A stretch of 59,320 nucleotides of DNA, filler included, from Sphacelaria rigidula (Eukaryota), in the NCBI GenBank assembly GCA_964200075.2. It is 10 parts of 10 records of this genome, joined end to end, with 100 filler letters (N's around TTAATTAATTAA, not from the genome) between each part and the next. Parts side by side here need not be neighbours in the genome. Positions count along the whole stretch, not along the records: positions 35,653 to 41,494 come from CAXNAA020024034.1; positions 41,595 to 47,436 come from CAXNAA020024035.1; positions 47,537 to 53,378 come from CAXNAA020024036.1; 7 more parts are not named here. One strand, 5' to 3'. Position 1 is the first letter of the stretch. Each line of letters opens with the position of its first letter. The position numbers were made by a program, and so were the translations under genes. A model generated the notes under the pieces. It did not search any database, was not told where the DNA came from, and saw only the letters and a list, made by a program, of their open reading frames with translations. Below are positions 38,504 through 52,677 of this stretch, one piece after another.

Positions 38504-41436
38504 TGCCGCACACTCCCGATTTCTCTGCTTAGATAACACCCCCATCGTGTTTGGTTAGAGAGAATACAGTGATTTCGTCACCGGGTGGGGAGAAATAGGG
38601 GCCAGATGAAATTGCTTCATGGTCCACACGTTCTACCGATGAGATCGTCTGATGAGGTACATCGCCATTCGTGTGTACAACGATAGAATGGTAGATACCA
38701 CCCGTGTGATAATGATTTATTTATATATTTTAGGGCAGTGGGGAAATGGGTGCATGAACCTTGCGGGTGGGGAGTTTATTTTTACATTTTTTCATTTGTG
38801 TCATCTTCCAAGTATTCCACAAATTATTTTCATTATCCTCAAGTATTGCCATTCGCACGCTAAAGGCCAAAACGGTGGATATCACCCCCTGCATCCTACC
38901 CTGTCAATGTTCGACAACCCATTCCCCCCAGCCCTGAAATGTAATTGTTTCATCCCCTCCTGTGACGCAATCGGAGGTTTTGGTCTGTAGCAACATACGA
39001 ACGGCAATAAACCTGTACACGCCAGAGGGATCACCTAGGCCATACATTCAACCCTATGAATATTTCAACCACACGCCTTCATCCTCAGAGATCAAATCGT
39101 GTATTCCGCTGAGGGGAGTGCTATTGTTCACCGTTGTGGTCGGCAATATACGAACAGTCATGCCCTTGGGGACGTGAGAGCTATTGCTAAAGAATCGTCC
39201 AAGGGTCGGACGAATTGATGATTCGTCTGGAAATTACTTGATTTTAGTGTAATTGATTCGTACCGTCCGAATCAATCCTTGGGCTTTGTTCTCAGCGTTG
39301 CAAGCCAGGTACGCGTAGCCCATGCACGTGGAATGACGCAAAAGTTGCGTGGAGACCTGTTTGACCAGCGGTCGACTTTCTCTCTTTCGAGCAATCAGGC
39401 CTAATAAATCGTGGATTTCGTTATTCGAAACGGCGACGATTCTTCCGAACCGTGGAATCGTCCCTGAAACATCCACACCGAATCCTGCACCTCCGAGGGT
39501 AGGTGTATTGGTATTCGTTCATGATCAGCCAAAACAACAGCTACCCTTCCCGGGGACGAACATGTCCCCATCCCCGGGTAACCATGCGCCCACCCTCCAC
39601 ATTACCTTCAGTGTTGCCGATGTATTCACGCGCTCGTACAGGTCATGGATTAGATCTGAAACTCGTACAAAAGTGGGGTCTTGAAGGCATAGAACCTCGA
39701 TGAAACAAGAAAATGGTCGTATTTTGCCAAATGCCGTTCAATGCTTTGAATCGGTTTGGACCCGTTGGTCAAACGGCTGAGATCCGTAAAGCATAATGTT
39801 TGGCGTTTGCACCAGCCGGCGGCATCCAATTCTGACATCGGGTATGTCTCATCTCCCTTTCCCCTGATGAAGTGACATCAAAATCGAATTTCATTGAGGG
39901 AAGTTGGTTTATAGCTTTCCGCAGTACGCCAGAATGACATGCCAACTATACAACTGCTCAATATCCAGTGAAATGAGGGCCGTTCTTAGACTCCTGCCTC
40001 GGATTCGGTGTTTCCACCGCATTGATTCTCTCTCAGCAAAAGTACATAATTCCCTTCGCAAAGTAAAATCTTACCAGCGCAACGCTGTGACCTCGAGAAT
40101 CGTGGATCTACTGTACTCTACAAAATCACTTGTGATTCTTGTTCATGTTCTTGGTAAAAAATAACCGCCGACTTCTTCTTCATCTCGGAACATTCTTACC
40201 GGTCAACAGTCCACGAGTATCCAGGGGTGTGCTCCAGAGGCGGGTGCAGTTTTTGACGGAGAAGTCGTGCGGGCAGAGTAATTAAGCCCGTCCGTACGGA
40301 TCGATCGACATGCGGGGGGTATAAGTGTTACTGTTAATAGTGTGCTTATTGTTGTACGAAAAAGGTATCTCCCCGAAACAGCTTATGATTTGCACCCTGG
40401 ACGATAGATAAATCTGTTAAAAAAATGTACTGCGTACAGTATAGAGTATATTTCCTATTTGCAATAGACCACACCCTGAATAATATATGGTCAAAAGTGG
40501 CAATAGGCCTATTCTTTACGCAGTACATTTTTGTCCGCTGAAACTCATGACCATATATTGTCCATGGTATGCAATAGACGCACTAGTCGATTTTATACGC
40601 AGTACACTTTTTCAAGGGTCGGACAAATAATGATTCGTCTGGAAATTACTTGGTTTTAGTGTGATGAATCGACTCGTGACGNNNNNNNNNNGAATGGCGC
40701 AAAAGTTGCGTGGATACCCCTCGGACCAGCGATCAACTTTTTTCTCCCTTTTGGGTAATCAGGCCGAAGAAATAATGAATTTGGTGATTTTGAGTCGTGA
40801 TGAGTTGTCCCAACCGTGCACTTTTTGACACTGTAATATATTGCCCATGGTGCGCTATGCTGGCACTCCAGCGCCGATCTTTGCCTGAATACGGGGCATA
40901 GCGGATTGTGCCCCCTTGGAAAGGCTTGCGACACTCTCCCTGAAGATTATAGCGCACTTTTCAAAATTCCATGCGCCCAGTGTGACTCTTCACTTGGAAA
41001 AAGCTTTCTCAAGCAAGCCTGAGATAAAACGTGGTTCTCTATAGGCATCTCAAAGCCAAGGTTCTCGGTATCTTCCAACAATAATTCACTATTACGGTTA
41101 AAAAAATATACCGGGAAATCTCGAGTTTGATATACCTATTTTGATATCGGCACGTATGTCTTTGTTGCGAGATCTGGAAGGTATTTGTATATTATTAATC
41201 TTCGAGAAATAAATCGTTCTTGCGGGCAAACGTCTGTCTGGGCGTACGAAAGATCGGCGAAGTGCGGTGGAATTCTCTCGCACAGTACAGTTGTACCGCA
41301 AGCCTTTCCGAGGTGGCACAATACTCCGAGCTCCATATTCCGGGGGAAATCGGCCCTTGTTGGTCTTGTTTTTGTTGTCTTAACATAAAAAACCCTTCCG
41401 ATATCTGCGCATAACGTTTATATCCGTAATCGTTGC

Positions 41437-41494
41437 CGCGCCCCGGTGGTGTAATGGTCCGATTGTAGCCATTAGGGTGGAGAGAACGGGGGTT
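41437..41494 (+). mobile_element. SINE family 2 head (cut by scaffold end)
   Basis: tggtgtaatggtccg...agggtggagagaacg..ggtt matches the reverse complement of about 59190-59240. Confidence 0.7.
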
Positions 41495-41594
41495 NNNNNN
41501 NNNNNNNNNNNNNNNNNNNNNNNNNNNNNNNNNNNNNNTTAATTAATTAANNNNNNNNNNNNNNNNNNNNNNNNNNNNNNNNNNNNNNNNNNNN

Positions 41595-41692
41595 AAGCCC
41601 CTGTGTTGACCTTCCTCCTGTGTGCCCCCGGCTGATGCACCCACATACACCGAAAGGCGTGGACTGGTGCCCAGAAGAATAAATGGGACGAC

Positions 41693-41742
<50 letters not shown>
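41595..41742 (+). mobile_element. SINE family 1, 3' end with (CA)n tail
   Basis: cctcctgtgtg.ccccggctgatgc...atgggacgacaa(ca)n. Confidence 0.85.
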
Positions 41743-41745
<3 letters not shown>

Positions 41746-42534
41746 CGCGCCAAATAGTCGTCTTTCTCACGGTAGCGGAGAAGAAGCCTGTCGAACCATG
41801 ATTAAAATCCATGCGTCCACCTGCAACCCTCCCAGTGTCTCCGTGCTGCCATCCCAACTAACGTCTAAACCCCCACCACCTGGCAACACGCTGCAAACAT
41901 TTTGACAGAAATCCAGTCATCTACACTCTCCACACCACAAAGGACTGTAAACTAGGCGGGCGTACATCCTCTAGAAACTACCACTGCTTCATTACTGCAT
42001 TATACCATAAAACCAATATAACGCAGCGCAAGCACAAGAGAACCAAAGGAAATTCGCTTGGATAATGTGGTACCTTAGTCTACCGCCAAGAAAGAAGTAG
42101 TTTGTCATCCCATTTAAGTATGCATCGCATACCGCAACCTGCAAAATGCTCGACAACTCAAAATTTGACTGCATCAGCAAGTACGAACTCACATGTGCTG
42201 GTTGGAGTGTAGGAAGATGAGGTTTTCGGCGCTGTCTACGGCCAGCCTCTTGCGCATGTCAGTGAGGGTTAGCCCCGCACCAGAGATCTGGGGTCTGGAG
42301 ACGACATAATGAGGCGTATTCTGGTCTTTAAGAAGACATATCGCGTGATATCCGCGTCTATATCCCACATATATTGGGTATATCGGATATATTGGGTGAT
42401 GTTGGGGGATATTTTCTCGCATAAGATTGTCCAAAAAATCTTCAAGTTAAGGCCCAAAAAACACGCTTGGAAAGTATAAATATCCTATGCGTATTGGGGG
42501 CAATATGTTTTCGATCCAATACCCAGTACCGAAC

Positions 42535-44850
42535 TCTACACGTCATGCATCCGTATAGTAGGGCCTCCATCGCCTCCGCTTTCAGCAGTCGAACCTTGAG
42601 TCTCCGCGGTGCTTTCGGTCTGTCAAAGAGCTCCCGGGAGAACCTCCTGATGCACGCCCATGCTGCTCTGCTCTCCTTGTTGATTTCTTGCTTGAGTCCG
42701 CCCTCTTCGTTGACGAGCCCGCGCAAGTATCGGAAACTAGTTTTCTGGGCGTATTTTTGGCCCGCTGCTTCGATAATCGGCGGTGGGGGAGGTGGTGTTG
42801 GTGACTCCCCCTTCTTCGGTGCTTGTCTCGGTACTCGCGTCAAGAGAGTCCCCGTGTTCTTCTCCGATACGGTCAGTCCAAAGGCCCCAAACACGTCCCC
42901 ACTATGATGGTCATCATCTTCGCCAGTCCGTTGGGAGATCTCGAGACGACGCCGGCATCGTCGGCATACGGCATTCCCCACACCGCTCTCCGTACACGTT
43001 TCAGCGGTGTCTCCGTCCCCCTCCCCGTCTCCTCATCGAGATATACCATGTCCTTGATGATATCGTCCTCGCTGAATCGCACGAGGACTTGCTCGAGCAC
43101 TACCGCGAAGGAGATGTGGAACAGCAGGGGAGACAGCACACATCCTCGTCGCAGACCCTGTGTGACATCAAACCACTCCGGAGCTCCCTGTCGTCCATGC
43201 GTACGCGGGTCTGCATACCGTCGTGGAATTGGCGGATAACTGCTATCATCTCATCCGGAATACCAGCTCGGGCCAGTACCTGCCACGGAAACTCTCCGTC
43301 GACCGAGTCATATGCCTTCTGAAGATCGACGAAGCACATGTACAGCGGTATTCTCCGCCGCCGTCCCAGCTCCTGGATTCGGCGCACCACAAACAGCATG
43401 TCGACAGTGGATCGGTCAGGTCGGAAGCCGCACTTTTCCTTCGGTAATATCCCGTGCGTTTCGCAGTAGCCGCTAAGGCGGTTGCCCACTATCTTCAGGA
43501 GCACTTTCTCTGCGTACGATACCAGCGACATCCCCCTGCATTTATTGCAGATGGACCGGTCCGATTTTTTGTACAGCACCTTAATCATCGCGTCTTTCCA
43601 CTCCTGCGGGACCTCCCCTCCGTTCCACACATCGACGAAGATGGTATGGAAGCGTTCGAGGGCGACGGGTTCGGCACGGCCGTCGATCTTGAGTGGCTCC
43701 ACAGGAGCGGAGTCGTGTCCTGGCGCTCTCCAATTGTGCATCCCCCGGACTGCTCGTCTGGTTTCCTCCGGTGTTGGTGCTGCCCCAAGCGGTACCGAAT
43801 CACCGGTGGTTGCAGCTGCCGGTCGCTGCTTCACCTCCTCGATGATGGCTGGGTCCAGAGTGGGCGATTTGGCGTTGAGCAGGGTGCGGAAGAACCTCGC
43901 TCGCCGTTTAAGGATTGCAATTTTGTTCCTCAGTAGGACGCCGTTCTCGTCCTTTATGAACCGCTGCCGCCCGGATTGCCTTCCGCCAAGACATACCGAT
44001 CTCTTGAGGTGTTTGTACAGGCCTTTCATGTCGCGGTCCTTGTAGATCGCTCCTCGCCTCGCCACATACCTCTCTAGATGTGCATGGATGCCGTCGTCTA
44101 TTGCTGTACGTACGCTCTTTCACGCGGCTCTGAGTGCTCTCCACGATGCTGGGTTCCGGTGATCCTTCATCAGTCGGCGTGTCTCCCGTCGTTCGGCGAA
44201 CGCTGCCTCCACTGTTGCCCTCGTGTCGGGGTTTTAACACCATTCCGGCATACGTGGTATCCGTGCCTCTTTCGGGAGTACTGTCTGCGCTGCTTCGAGG
44301 ATAGCTTCGGTGAAACTCCTTCGCGGCCGCCGGTGCGGTGATGGTTGGCTGGTATCTTTGCTCGCCGAGGTTATGTAGGAACCTCATGGTCACGTGCCAC
44401 CGTGCCATTTCGGTCTGCAGCTGCTGTCGACTGAATTGCCGCTGCTTTGATTTGGTTCTTACTAGGCGGTTGTGAGCAAGGCGGCCACCGAGATCGACAT
44501 TGACCACCATGTTGTGGTCCGAGTCAGTTTTGTCGGTCGCCAAAGTTGGCAGAAGTTAGCCGTTATCGTTCAGCCCATCACGTCCAAAGGCGCCCAGGAC
44601 CCCTTCGTCCTCTTAGCCCTCTCCTACTTTCCCCCCAGTCCGCGCGTTGGCATCCATCAACACATACACACATTCCTTCGACGGGATTCGCTGTACGAGA
44701 TCGTCAAGTTGATCCCAGAACGCTTGTTCCACCTTGGGGACTTCAGTTGGTGCATACGCAGCTACGAAATTGATCGCTCCGCTCTGTCCCGATATTCAAC
44801 CGCATTGCCATTAGGCGCTCGTCAACGTACTCAGTGGTACAGGTGGTGTT
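42535..44850 (-). mobile_element. Truncated, frameshifted RTE-type LINE (AP endonuclease + reverse transcriptase)
   Basis: Endonuclease: ERLMAMR, FVAAYAPT, DANARTG, SDHNMV. RT: CGFRPDRSTVDMLF, FVDLQKAYDSV, LSPLLF, YADD, FRYL, LLYGC. Several frameshifts and stops. Confidence 0.93.
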
Positions 44851-45967
44851 ATTGCATGTCATAAAAAAAAAAAAAATCGACTCGAAAACGTGCGGCCGAA
44901 TCGAATTGGTCGTAATTAGCTCGGATCTGATACGTACATGACATTTATGTTCTCAGATGACTTCTACCAACTCAACCCTGCAGCATAGATCATGAGCTGA
45001 GCACAAGGATACATGCACTGCACTGGTCGGGAACCGAGACTACCACTCTCCTGGCATGAGGCGTCTCTTTTTGTTGGCGAAAACTTGGGCGTATGATTTT
45101 GTGGTAGGGTCCACCAACGGAGTCGTGTGTTGGGATGGACGACCGAATTGCGGACACGCTCATGGACAGTAGAGGCAGTTCACAATCGCACATGATTCAA
45201 ATATTTTTCACATCCTCCTGTATGCGGAGAGTACAGGCAGCTCTGCTGGTGTGTATTTCACTTTACCTGCTTCTTTTTCACATCGTGCCTGCATGCTGTA
45301 CGAAGCACACACACACATCCCGCCCAGACATTGAGGCAGCACTGTACTGTCTGTACTGGTCGCACTGAACACAAGTAAACAAGTACCGCTTCACGAATTT
45401 CACTCATCTTTCCCGATCGAAAGCGTGCAAATTCTCTCGAATACGGGCGTAACAAAAACGAATTCAATCGATTCCGCCGCACGAACTCGTTTGAGGCCGT
45501 GTCTTCTTGATTTTTTTTCTTGTGTCGAAACCGTGCGGTCGAATCGAATTCGCTCGTTTTTTATTCGTCCACGCTATTCGTTTTCTCGGATGGTTGAGAA
45601 CATGAACGCCGTGGACGTATCAGGTACGAGCGAATTCGATTCCACCGTACGTTTTCGAGTCGGAAACAGTTTGATGAGACATGGCCTGAAAGATACAGCG
45701 TTAGTCACCGCACCCCGGTGGTCTAAATCAAAGATGGTGCATATTTGAGACGGTTTGGGCAGAAGGTCCAAATCCCGGCAGATCCGGGTTCGTTTTATCA
45801 AGTGTCTAGTTTCCGCCATTGAAAACGTCAAGACGAGAGTGGAAAACGTAAATGTATTTGACGGAAGTCAACGCCGTGCGGCAATTCTCATCCAAATCAT
45901 TATTCCAAGATGTCGAGCATGTCCTGGGGCAAAGATCGGGTTCGTTGAGACGGTGTCGTCCCGAGGA

Positions 45968-46272
45968 GGGGAGGGATGTACTCATGATCTTGCGTGCCGG
46001 AGGCATATGGTCATTGACTTGGCATCTCTACCAAGTCGAGACGGAGCACGTCGGGTTTTCGCCAGACCGGGCTCGCAATCACCGAGCGCGATGCGCCGTG
46101 ATGTGTTCGGCGAGTCGCATGAGGGATGATCGGCATCCTGCTGAGGTTCGGCCCAAAGCGTACTACTTATCTTGCGCATGGATGACAGCCTCAAATGAGT
46201 TGCTTCATTTTCTGGTATCGCCAGTTCCAGCGACAGCCACGGGGTACACTGCCTCACGGGTGTTTCACCATT
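45968..46272 (+). repeat. About 300-bp dispersed repeat with G-rich head; copies at about 47655-47970, 47981-48275, 51950-52262, 53070-53172
   Basis: G-run-tactcatgatcttgc...gacggagcac..cgggttttcgcc...gtgttcggcgagtcgcat...gcatcctgct...ttttctggtatcgcca.ttccag shared between copies. Confidence 0.85.
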
Positions 46273-49257
46273 TGAGCGCTGTGTAGTACGATCATCCCCT
46301 TTGCGCGGAGTGGAGTTTCTCCATCCCGCACAAAATGATGTGACTCGTCTCGAAGAGTGTAGAGAAAGCTTGCACAGGTTGAGAGATCGGTCGATGGTAA
46401 AGATATATTCGCCTGACGATGAAGATATTGTGCTCCTTTAAAAAAAAAAGTATTCATCCAACCCCAACCACTCCCAACCAACAACCCCCACTACTCCCAA
46501 ACAAGAAGCAAATTTGGAAGTAATCAATAATTGTACTGATATCTGTCTTTCCCTCATCCTCAAACAAAAAAATGAACAGAACAATAAAAAATCAAAATTA
46601 CTACTTATATTATCAATACATACTTTTCCCAGTCTTTTGATGATGAATGTCGCGGATGTCAGTATAGTAAGGTGTTTTAATGTGTCGATGTCTCGATATG
46701 TGCCAATACCTTGATCGCACCTATCATTGAAGAATATAGGAGATTGTGCGTTCCTGCAACTGACAGTATTTACTCAGCTCTCGACTGCCAGCTCTTGCGT
46801 GCAAAAAGCACGGAATGCACGCAGTTCAATACAAGAGCAAGAACACAACGGGATCAAGCCTATCGTCATTGAGACAGTATTGAAACAGACCAGTGTTGTT
46901 CCTTTTCAAAGTTATGGACGCATTTTACAGCGATTATAATTCATCATCCGCGGCGTCAATTTTAGACGGTCATGCTCTAAGGCCTAAAATATGCTGAGAC
47001 TAGAGTGGCAGACGTCCTTCTAAGAGAGGTGTCCACATCAACATGGATACCTGGTGCTACAGACCAGTCACCACGCATTTGGCAGCCGGATGAGAAAGGG
47101 TGTAAATTACTGGAGGGGGGAAGCGTCTATTGCACGGTATGTATCCCGTCACGGCCATACCCGACGAATTTGACAGAGTGTGTTCGTAGTGGTATGTCAA
47201 CGAATACTGTAGTACTGACTGTACGAACCGCACCTCGGCAGGGCTAGAATACCCGCAATCCATCCGTGAAAATGTTTCAAATTGCAACTCAAATGCTGTC
47301 CTAATCTGTACCCAAGTGAAAACTCCGCAAAGGGCAATCACGGGCCCGTCAGAGAAAGATGAATACTGTACCGCTTGAGGACCGACGCCCGGATGGGTAG
47401 GGTGACTCGTGTACAGAGTCGAGCTAGGGGACATTGNNNNNNNNNNNNNNNNNNNNNNNNNNNNNNNNNNNNNNNNNNNNTTAATTAATTAANNNNNNNN
47501 NNNNNNNNNNNNNNNNNNNNNNNNNNNNNNNNNNNNCCCCCGGCGAGAGTGTGATGTAAAGACCGGTTCGTTTCAGTACTACCGCATCTAAGTCTTATCC
47601 TGTAAGGGCGGGGCGGTGCAAAGACGAGAAGCGGGGTAATTTCGGGTGGGGACTGGGGGGCGGGGTGTGTTCTCATGATCATGCATGCCGTAGTCATCAC
47701 ACCATTGACGTCGCACCCCTACAAAGCCGGGACGGAGCACGCCGGGTTTTCGCCGAAATAGACTCGCACTCGCCAAGCGCGAAGCGCCGTGATGTGTTCG
47801 GCGAGTCGCATGAAGGGTGAGCTGCATCCTGCTATGATTGTTCGGCCAGAGGCCTACTGATTATCTTGCATGCGGATGACAACCTACAATAAGTTGCATT
47901 ATTTTCTAGCTTCGCCACTTCCAGAGGCAGTCGCAGCTTACACTCTGCCTCATGGATATCTTACCATTGGTAATTCCGATGGGGGGGTAGGGGGTAGGGA
48001 GGATAGGGGAAGGACTACTCGATCTTGCATGCCGTAGTCGGAAGCCTATTGACCTCGCATTCCTACAAAATCCGGGACGGAGCACACCGGATTTTCGCCG
48101 GATCAGGCTTGCAATCACCAAGCGCCAAGCTCATTGATGTGTTCAGCGAGTCGCATTACGGGTGAGCTGCATCCTGCTGAGATTGTTCGGCTCGAAGCGT
48201 GCTGATAGTCTTGCTTGTGGATGACAGCCTACAATGAGTTGCATTATTTTCTGGTATCGCCACTTCCAGAGACAGTTAAAGTGCGACAATCAATCGACCA
48301 ACCAATCGATCAATCAATCAACCAAGAGACAGCTACGGGGGGGAGGGGGGTACTCATTTGTTGCTTGCCTTGGTCGTTTGACAGCTACGGGGGGGGAGGG
48401 GGGATATAATGCGGGCAAGCATAAGAGCATACCACAAATCGATACCACTCGTCTTATGCCTTACTGCAAAGCTGACTTCCGAGTACTATTCTGCCAACCG
48501 GCATCTCACATACTGAAAAGGATTTCGGTGGCTACGTATGTGGCCATTCATACCCGGGGCCTATGGTGCGGGGTCCTGTGTGAAGTGCTGTGCGTTTCAT
48601 GTGGAGAGGATAATTATGATACTGCCATTATTGCATACATAGTTGGTGCTCAATGGAGGTCGGTACGGGTCTCATCATTATTGTTAATATTCTTAGTGTT
48701 ATTCCTAACATTGTTACTATTATCAATATCATTAGCGTCTTTGTTATTATCTTTGTTATTATCACTATTACAGATGCAATAAATATTCATTATTACCAAG
48801 ATTGTTACCAATACCATCACTATCATCATTACAACTGTTATAATAATTGTTCTATCGACGATTTCTCCGGGGGTGTGGGTTACCCTCTGAAAGGCTGCAC
48901 GATACACACGTCGCATTAATCATCATCACAACTCTAGAGCAGTGCTGAAGTTTCGCAAAATATCTTTAGTGTCTTTCCCTTGTCCGACAAATAAAATCCA
49001 ACAACCCTTGCCCAAAAAATAACATCCCTTGTCCAAAAAATTAAAATTTAACAAACCATCCAACCATCCATTCCCGACCAACCAATCAATTCATTCATTC
49101 ATTCATCACCTCCGTTACTTCTTCGTTCTGCATACGTTGAATTGGTTGATGCGACCAAAGTACGCACACAACAGACTCATCATCAACCGCGCACTGTACG
49201 CAAAAATGTGGATATCATAGAGTAAACAAGAAAAAAAAAAAGTGGAGCATGACTCAC

Positions 49258-49351
49258 CGTCGACGACGAGGGCGAGGATGAGCGCCACGGCGCCACGCAG
49301 ACCGGAGTGAGTGAGCACCACCATCTGGGGTATGGTTATCTTGTACTCGCC
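49258..49351 (-). CDS. Na+/H+ antiporter (CPA1, SOS1/NhaP-like), third visible exon
   Basis: cag|GEYKITIPQMVVLTHSGLRGAVALILALVVD|gtgagt; GLRGAV motif; phase 0 matches the upstream exon. Confidence 0.93.
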
Positions 49352-49710
49352 CTGCGAATAAGGGTGAAGCAATGGATGGGGGAAAAAAAACACAAACACA
49401 TACACGCATAAACATACATATACCGTAGGACGACTCGAAAGAACGAACTGAAACAATAGAAAAAAAGAAAATCGTCGGCAACAGTAAGTACATGGTGCGT
49501 GGGCCATCAAGAGGAATGCAAAGAAGCCAAAATAGGGAAACTACTTATTTTCTTGCGAGTGTTTTTCATTTTGTTTTTTCATCTCGGTCGGTTACGTCTC
49601 CCATGTGGATAATGACCATGACTCGGTTTTTTTCATCCCTGGGGGATCAGTTAGAGTGCGACTTTGTATTTGATCATATAATCCCGACAAATGGTCACAC
49701 TAGACCTACT

Positions 49711-50055
49711 GCCGGTCACCCCGGTGGCTCAGTTGATAACCTCGAAACCTTCTGACGGCTGGGTCGTGGGTTCAAATCTCGGAACGATCCGGGATTTTTT
49801 CTCTCACCATGCCCAACAGTGGAGAGCGACCATGTCGTGGATGCACAAAATTCTACTCAGCGGTCGACGAGGGAAGGGGACTGCTGAACCCCTCTCGCGA
49901 TAAAAAATAAAGGCAAGCACCGCAGAAGGAAGGTGGAGAACTAAAAAAAAAAACTACTGTGTTGAGTTTCCTCCTGTGTGACCCCGGCTGATGCGCCCAC
50001 ATACACCAAAAGGCGTAGACCGGCGTCCAGAATAGATGGGACGACAACACACACA
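49711..50055 (+). mobile_element. SINE family 1, full length, in an antiporter intron
   Basis: A box tggctcagttga, B box ggttcaaatct, body, (CA) tail. Confidence 0.85.
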
Positions 50056-51079
50056 GACGCAGACATTTACTCTACACGGCAGTACACTTCTTGTCTATTG
50101 TATCTAGTGACCACATATTGTCCAAGATGTTCATTGACTCGCACTTGCCGTACGAATCAATTGACCTTAGGCTTAGTTTTCAGCGTTGCACTCTACTGCA
50201 CCGCCGGCCCCGTGGAAAATCGCAACATTTGCCTGAGACATGTTTGACCCGCGGTCAACTTTTGTTCTCTCTTTCAAGCAATTAGGTCTCAGCAATCGCA
50301 GAGTTGGTGGTTCGAACCAGCGATGACCCGTCCAACCCTCGGAACTTTTCACGCGTGTGCAGGTCTGACAAATCCCGCATTCGGGCGAAAGTACAGGATT
50401 AAAAACTAGGAAAACATCAATCATATATAGCAATGCCGCACGTAGTATGGGTGTATTATTTTTTTCTGAGGCTCGTTGTTGTAGGAGCCGCTCTCGGTGA
50501 CGAATATCTGGCCCCTGGTGCGTGTGGAGCCTCAGAAAACTGTTGGACTGAAAAGTGCGACCCTACCGTAGCATCACCCCATACCAAGAAGATAAAGCAA
50601 TACGAAGTACCAGTTCATGATCGTCAGCCAGCCTAGAGGTGCCCACCTCTAAAAGTGTTTACACATATTATACACACACAACGTTTTCATTAGATTGAGA
50701 GTAGAGCGCTGATTGAAAGTGGCTTTGATCATCCGCTTCAACTTAGCCAACCTTTTCTTTCGTTCGTGCTTTTCTTCGCCTCCATCACTGGCGTGTGCGT
50801 ACAGCTACACGTCGATATCCTACTCAGGGACGGACATCAAGAGCCTCCTCAGTGGCAAGCTACTACAGAAAGCAAATTGGGCCTCGTGGAGGGGCATTTC
50901 GGAACTGAAACGATTCGTTCACTAACGATTGACCGCTTTTTACTCTCAATTGTATCCTCTACTCTCAATCTCACGAAAACATGGTCACACATACAGACAC
51001 ACACAGACACATACCAACGACCGTTTTTCTTTTTCACACAGAAAAACAATTTCGCCGATACGATTATGCAGCAACCTAC

Positions 51080-51219
51080 CGATCGAAGTACGGGGTATGC
51101 CAGCATCACCACCAAACCGCGAATGATGTAGAGCGCTATGAACAGTAGCACCAAGTAGCCCCAATCCCTACCATTGATGGCGCGACTGTCGTTGATTGCC
51201 ACACCCACCACGATGAGAC
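51080..51219 (-). CDS. Na+/H+ antiporter, second visible exon
   Basis: aag|(G)LIVVGVAINDSRAINGRDWGYLVLLFIALYIIRGLVVMLAYPVLRS|gtaggt; phase 1 in, phase 0 out. Confidence 0.9.
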
Positions 51220-52677
51220 CTTCATCCACATTTTGGTGCCAATGGAGAATGACGCAGCATGAACGGAACAAACCAACACAGCGAGATGCAAAAAAAAAAA
51301 TCGTTGCAATGAAAATGATACAACACACTGCTACGAAAACCGTTCCTATTTACGCAACGATCAATGTGATAAATCACTAGTCTTGTGGTCGCTGATGAGA
51401 CCATTACAAGGGGGTGAAAGAAGATACATCCATGCAACATCCGTCAAAAACAGGTACAGTACAATAAATGCGGACCAAAAGAGGGTATAACGTAGGCTGG
51501 CCAGAAAGGGGATATATATATACTTCTGCAGTATACAACATTCTGACAAACTTCCGCAGAAAACAAAAAAGTGATCGAGGAACAGGACAAATCAACCGCA
51601 CTCCAGGAGTCCACCAATTCGGAGGTACACAATTCAACAATGATCACTCTTTTCCCGCGTTTAGACAGTGTTTTTAAATATACAAGCGAATCCGGGTCCC
51701 GGCGTTCTAAATTAAAATTGTCCGACTAACACAATCACAATGGATACAGCATGGCTTCGATTCCCGCCCAATGTTTTAGGTTTTTTTCCCTCCTTCCAAG
51801 TGTTTGATTTACGACATTGGAAGCGTGATAACGTGAGTAGTACACGAAAAAGAATATGTCTGGGTGTGTTCGACGAGAGTTGACGCAGTGCGGGAAGGAT
51901 GCTGATAGTCATGATCCAATCAAACCGCGAGAAAAAAATTCAGGGCGTGTGCTAGGGTGTACTCATGACCTTGCATGCCATAGTCAGATGATCATTAACC
52001 TCGCATCCCTACAATGCGGGGACGGACCACGTCGGGTTTTCACCGGACCAGATTAGCACGCAAATCACCAAGCGCCAAGCGCTCTGGTGTGTTCGGCGAG
52101 TCGCATGAAGGGTGAGCTGCATCCTGCTGAGATTGTTCGGCCCGAAGCCTACTGATTATCTTGCATTTGGATGGCAGTCTCCAATGAGTTGCTTTTTATT
52201 TTCTGGTATCGCCAGTTCCAGAGACAGCCACGGCTTTCACACTGCCTCATGGGTGTCTCACACAACAAGACAAAAATGGCGTGTACTGGGGAGAGATGGG
52301 TTGATTCTTTGAGACCACGGACTTGTTCCGAGGAAGGGGAGGGGGAGTCAAAAACGTGAGACAGAAAAAAAAAAAAATGATACGATTGGAGGTACACTGC
52401 TATGAAAACCATACAGAAAAAAAAAGCCATGAACATCCTGTGGATAATGACCAACCACGGCTACATCCCTTGGGGATAAGATACCGTACGACCATCGATC
52501 AAACACATCCATGAATTACCGATAGTGTTGGGAAGCCTATCTTATTCATAACGATTAAAGCAAAAGTATATATCCAACGATGCGCACACACCACCGTTTC
52601 CCTAGCTACTGTGCACCTCTTGTGCCGTACCGTGCAATACAGTAAAGCACCAGCCGCGAATGTATGTATGCACGTAC

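Noticed and set aside
48234..48919. Leu-rich or Asn-rich ORFs as the next antiporter exon
   Set aside because: Degenerate (ATT)n low-complexity DNA; no phase-compatible exon with CPA1 motifs found.
49711..49790. tRNA gene (also 59170-59243 and a B-box at about 54443)
   Set aside because: No complete acceptor stem; the first two continue into repeated SINE bodies and the third lies in a MITE.
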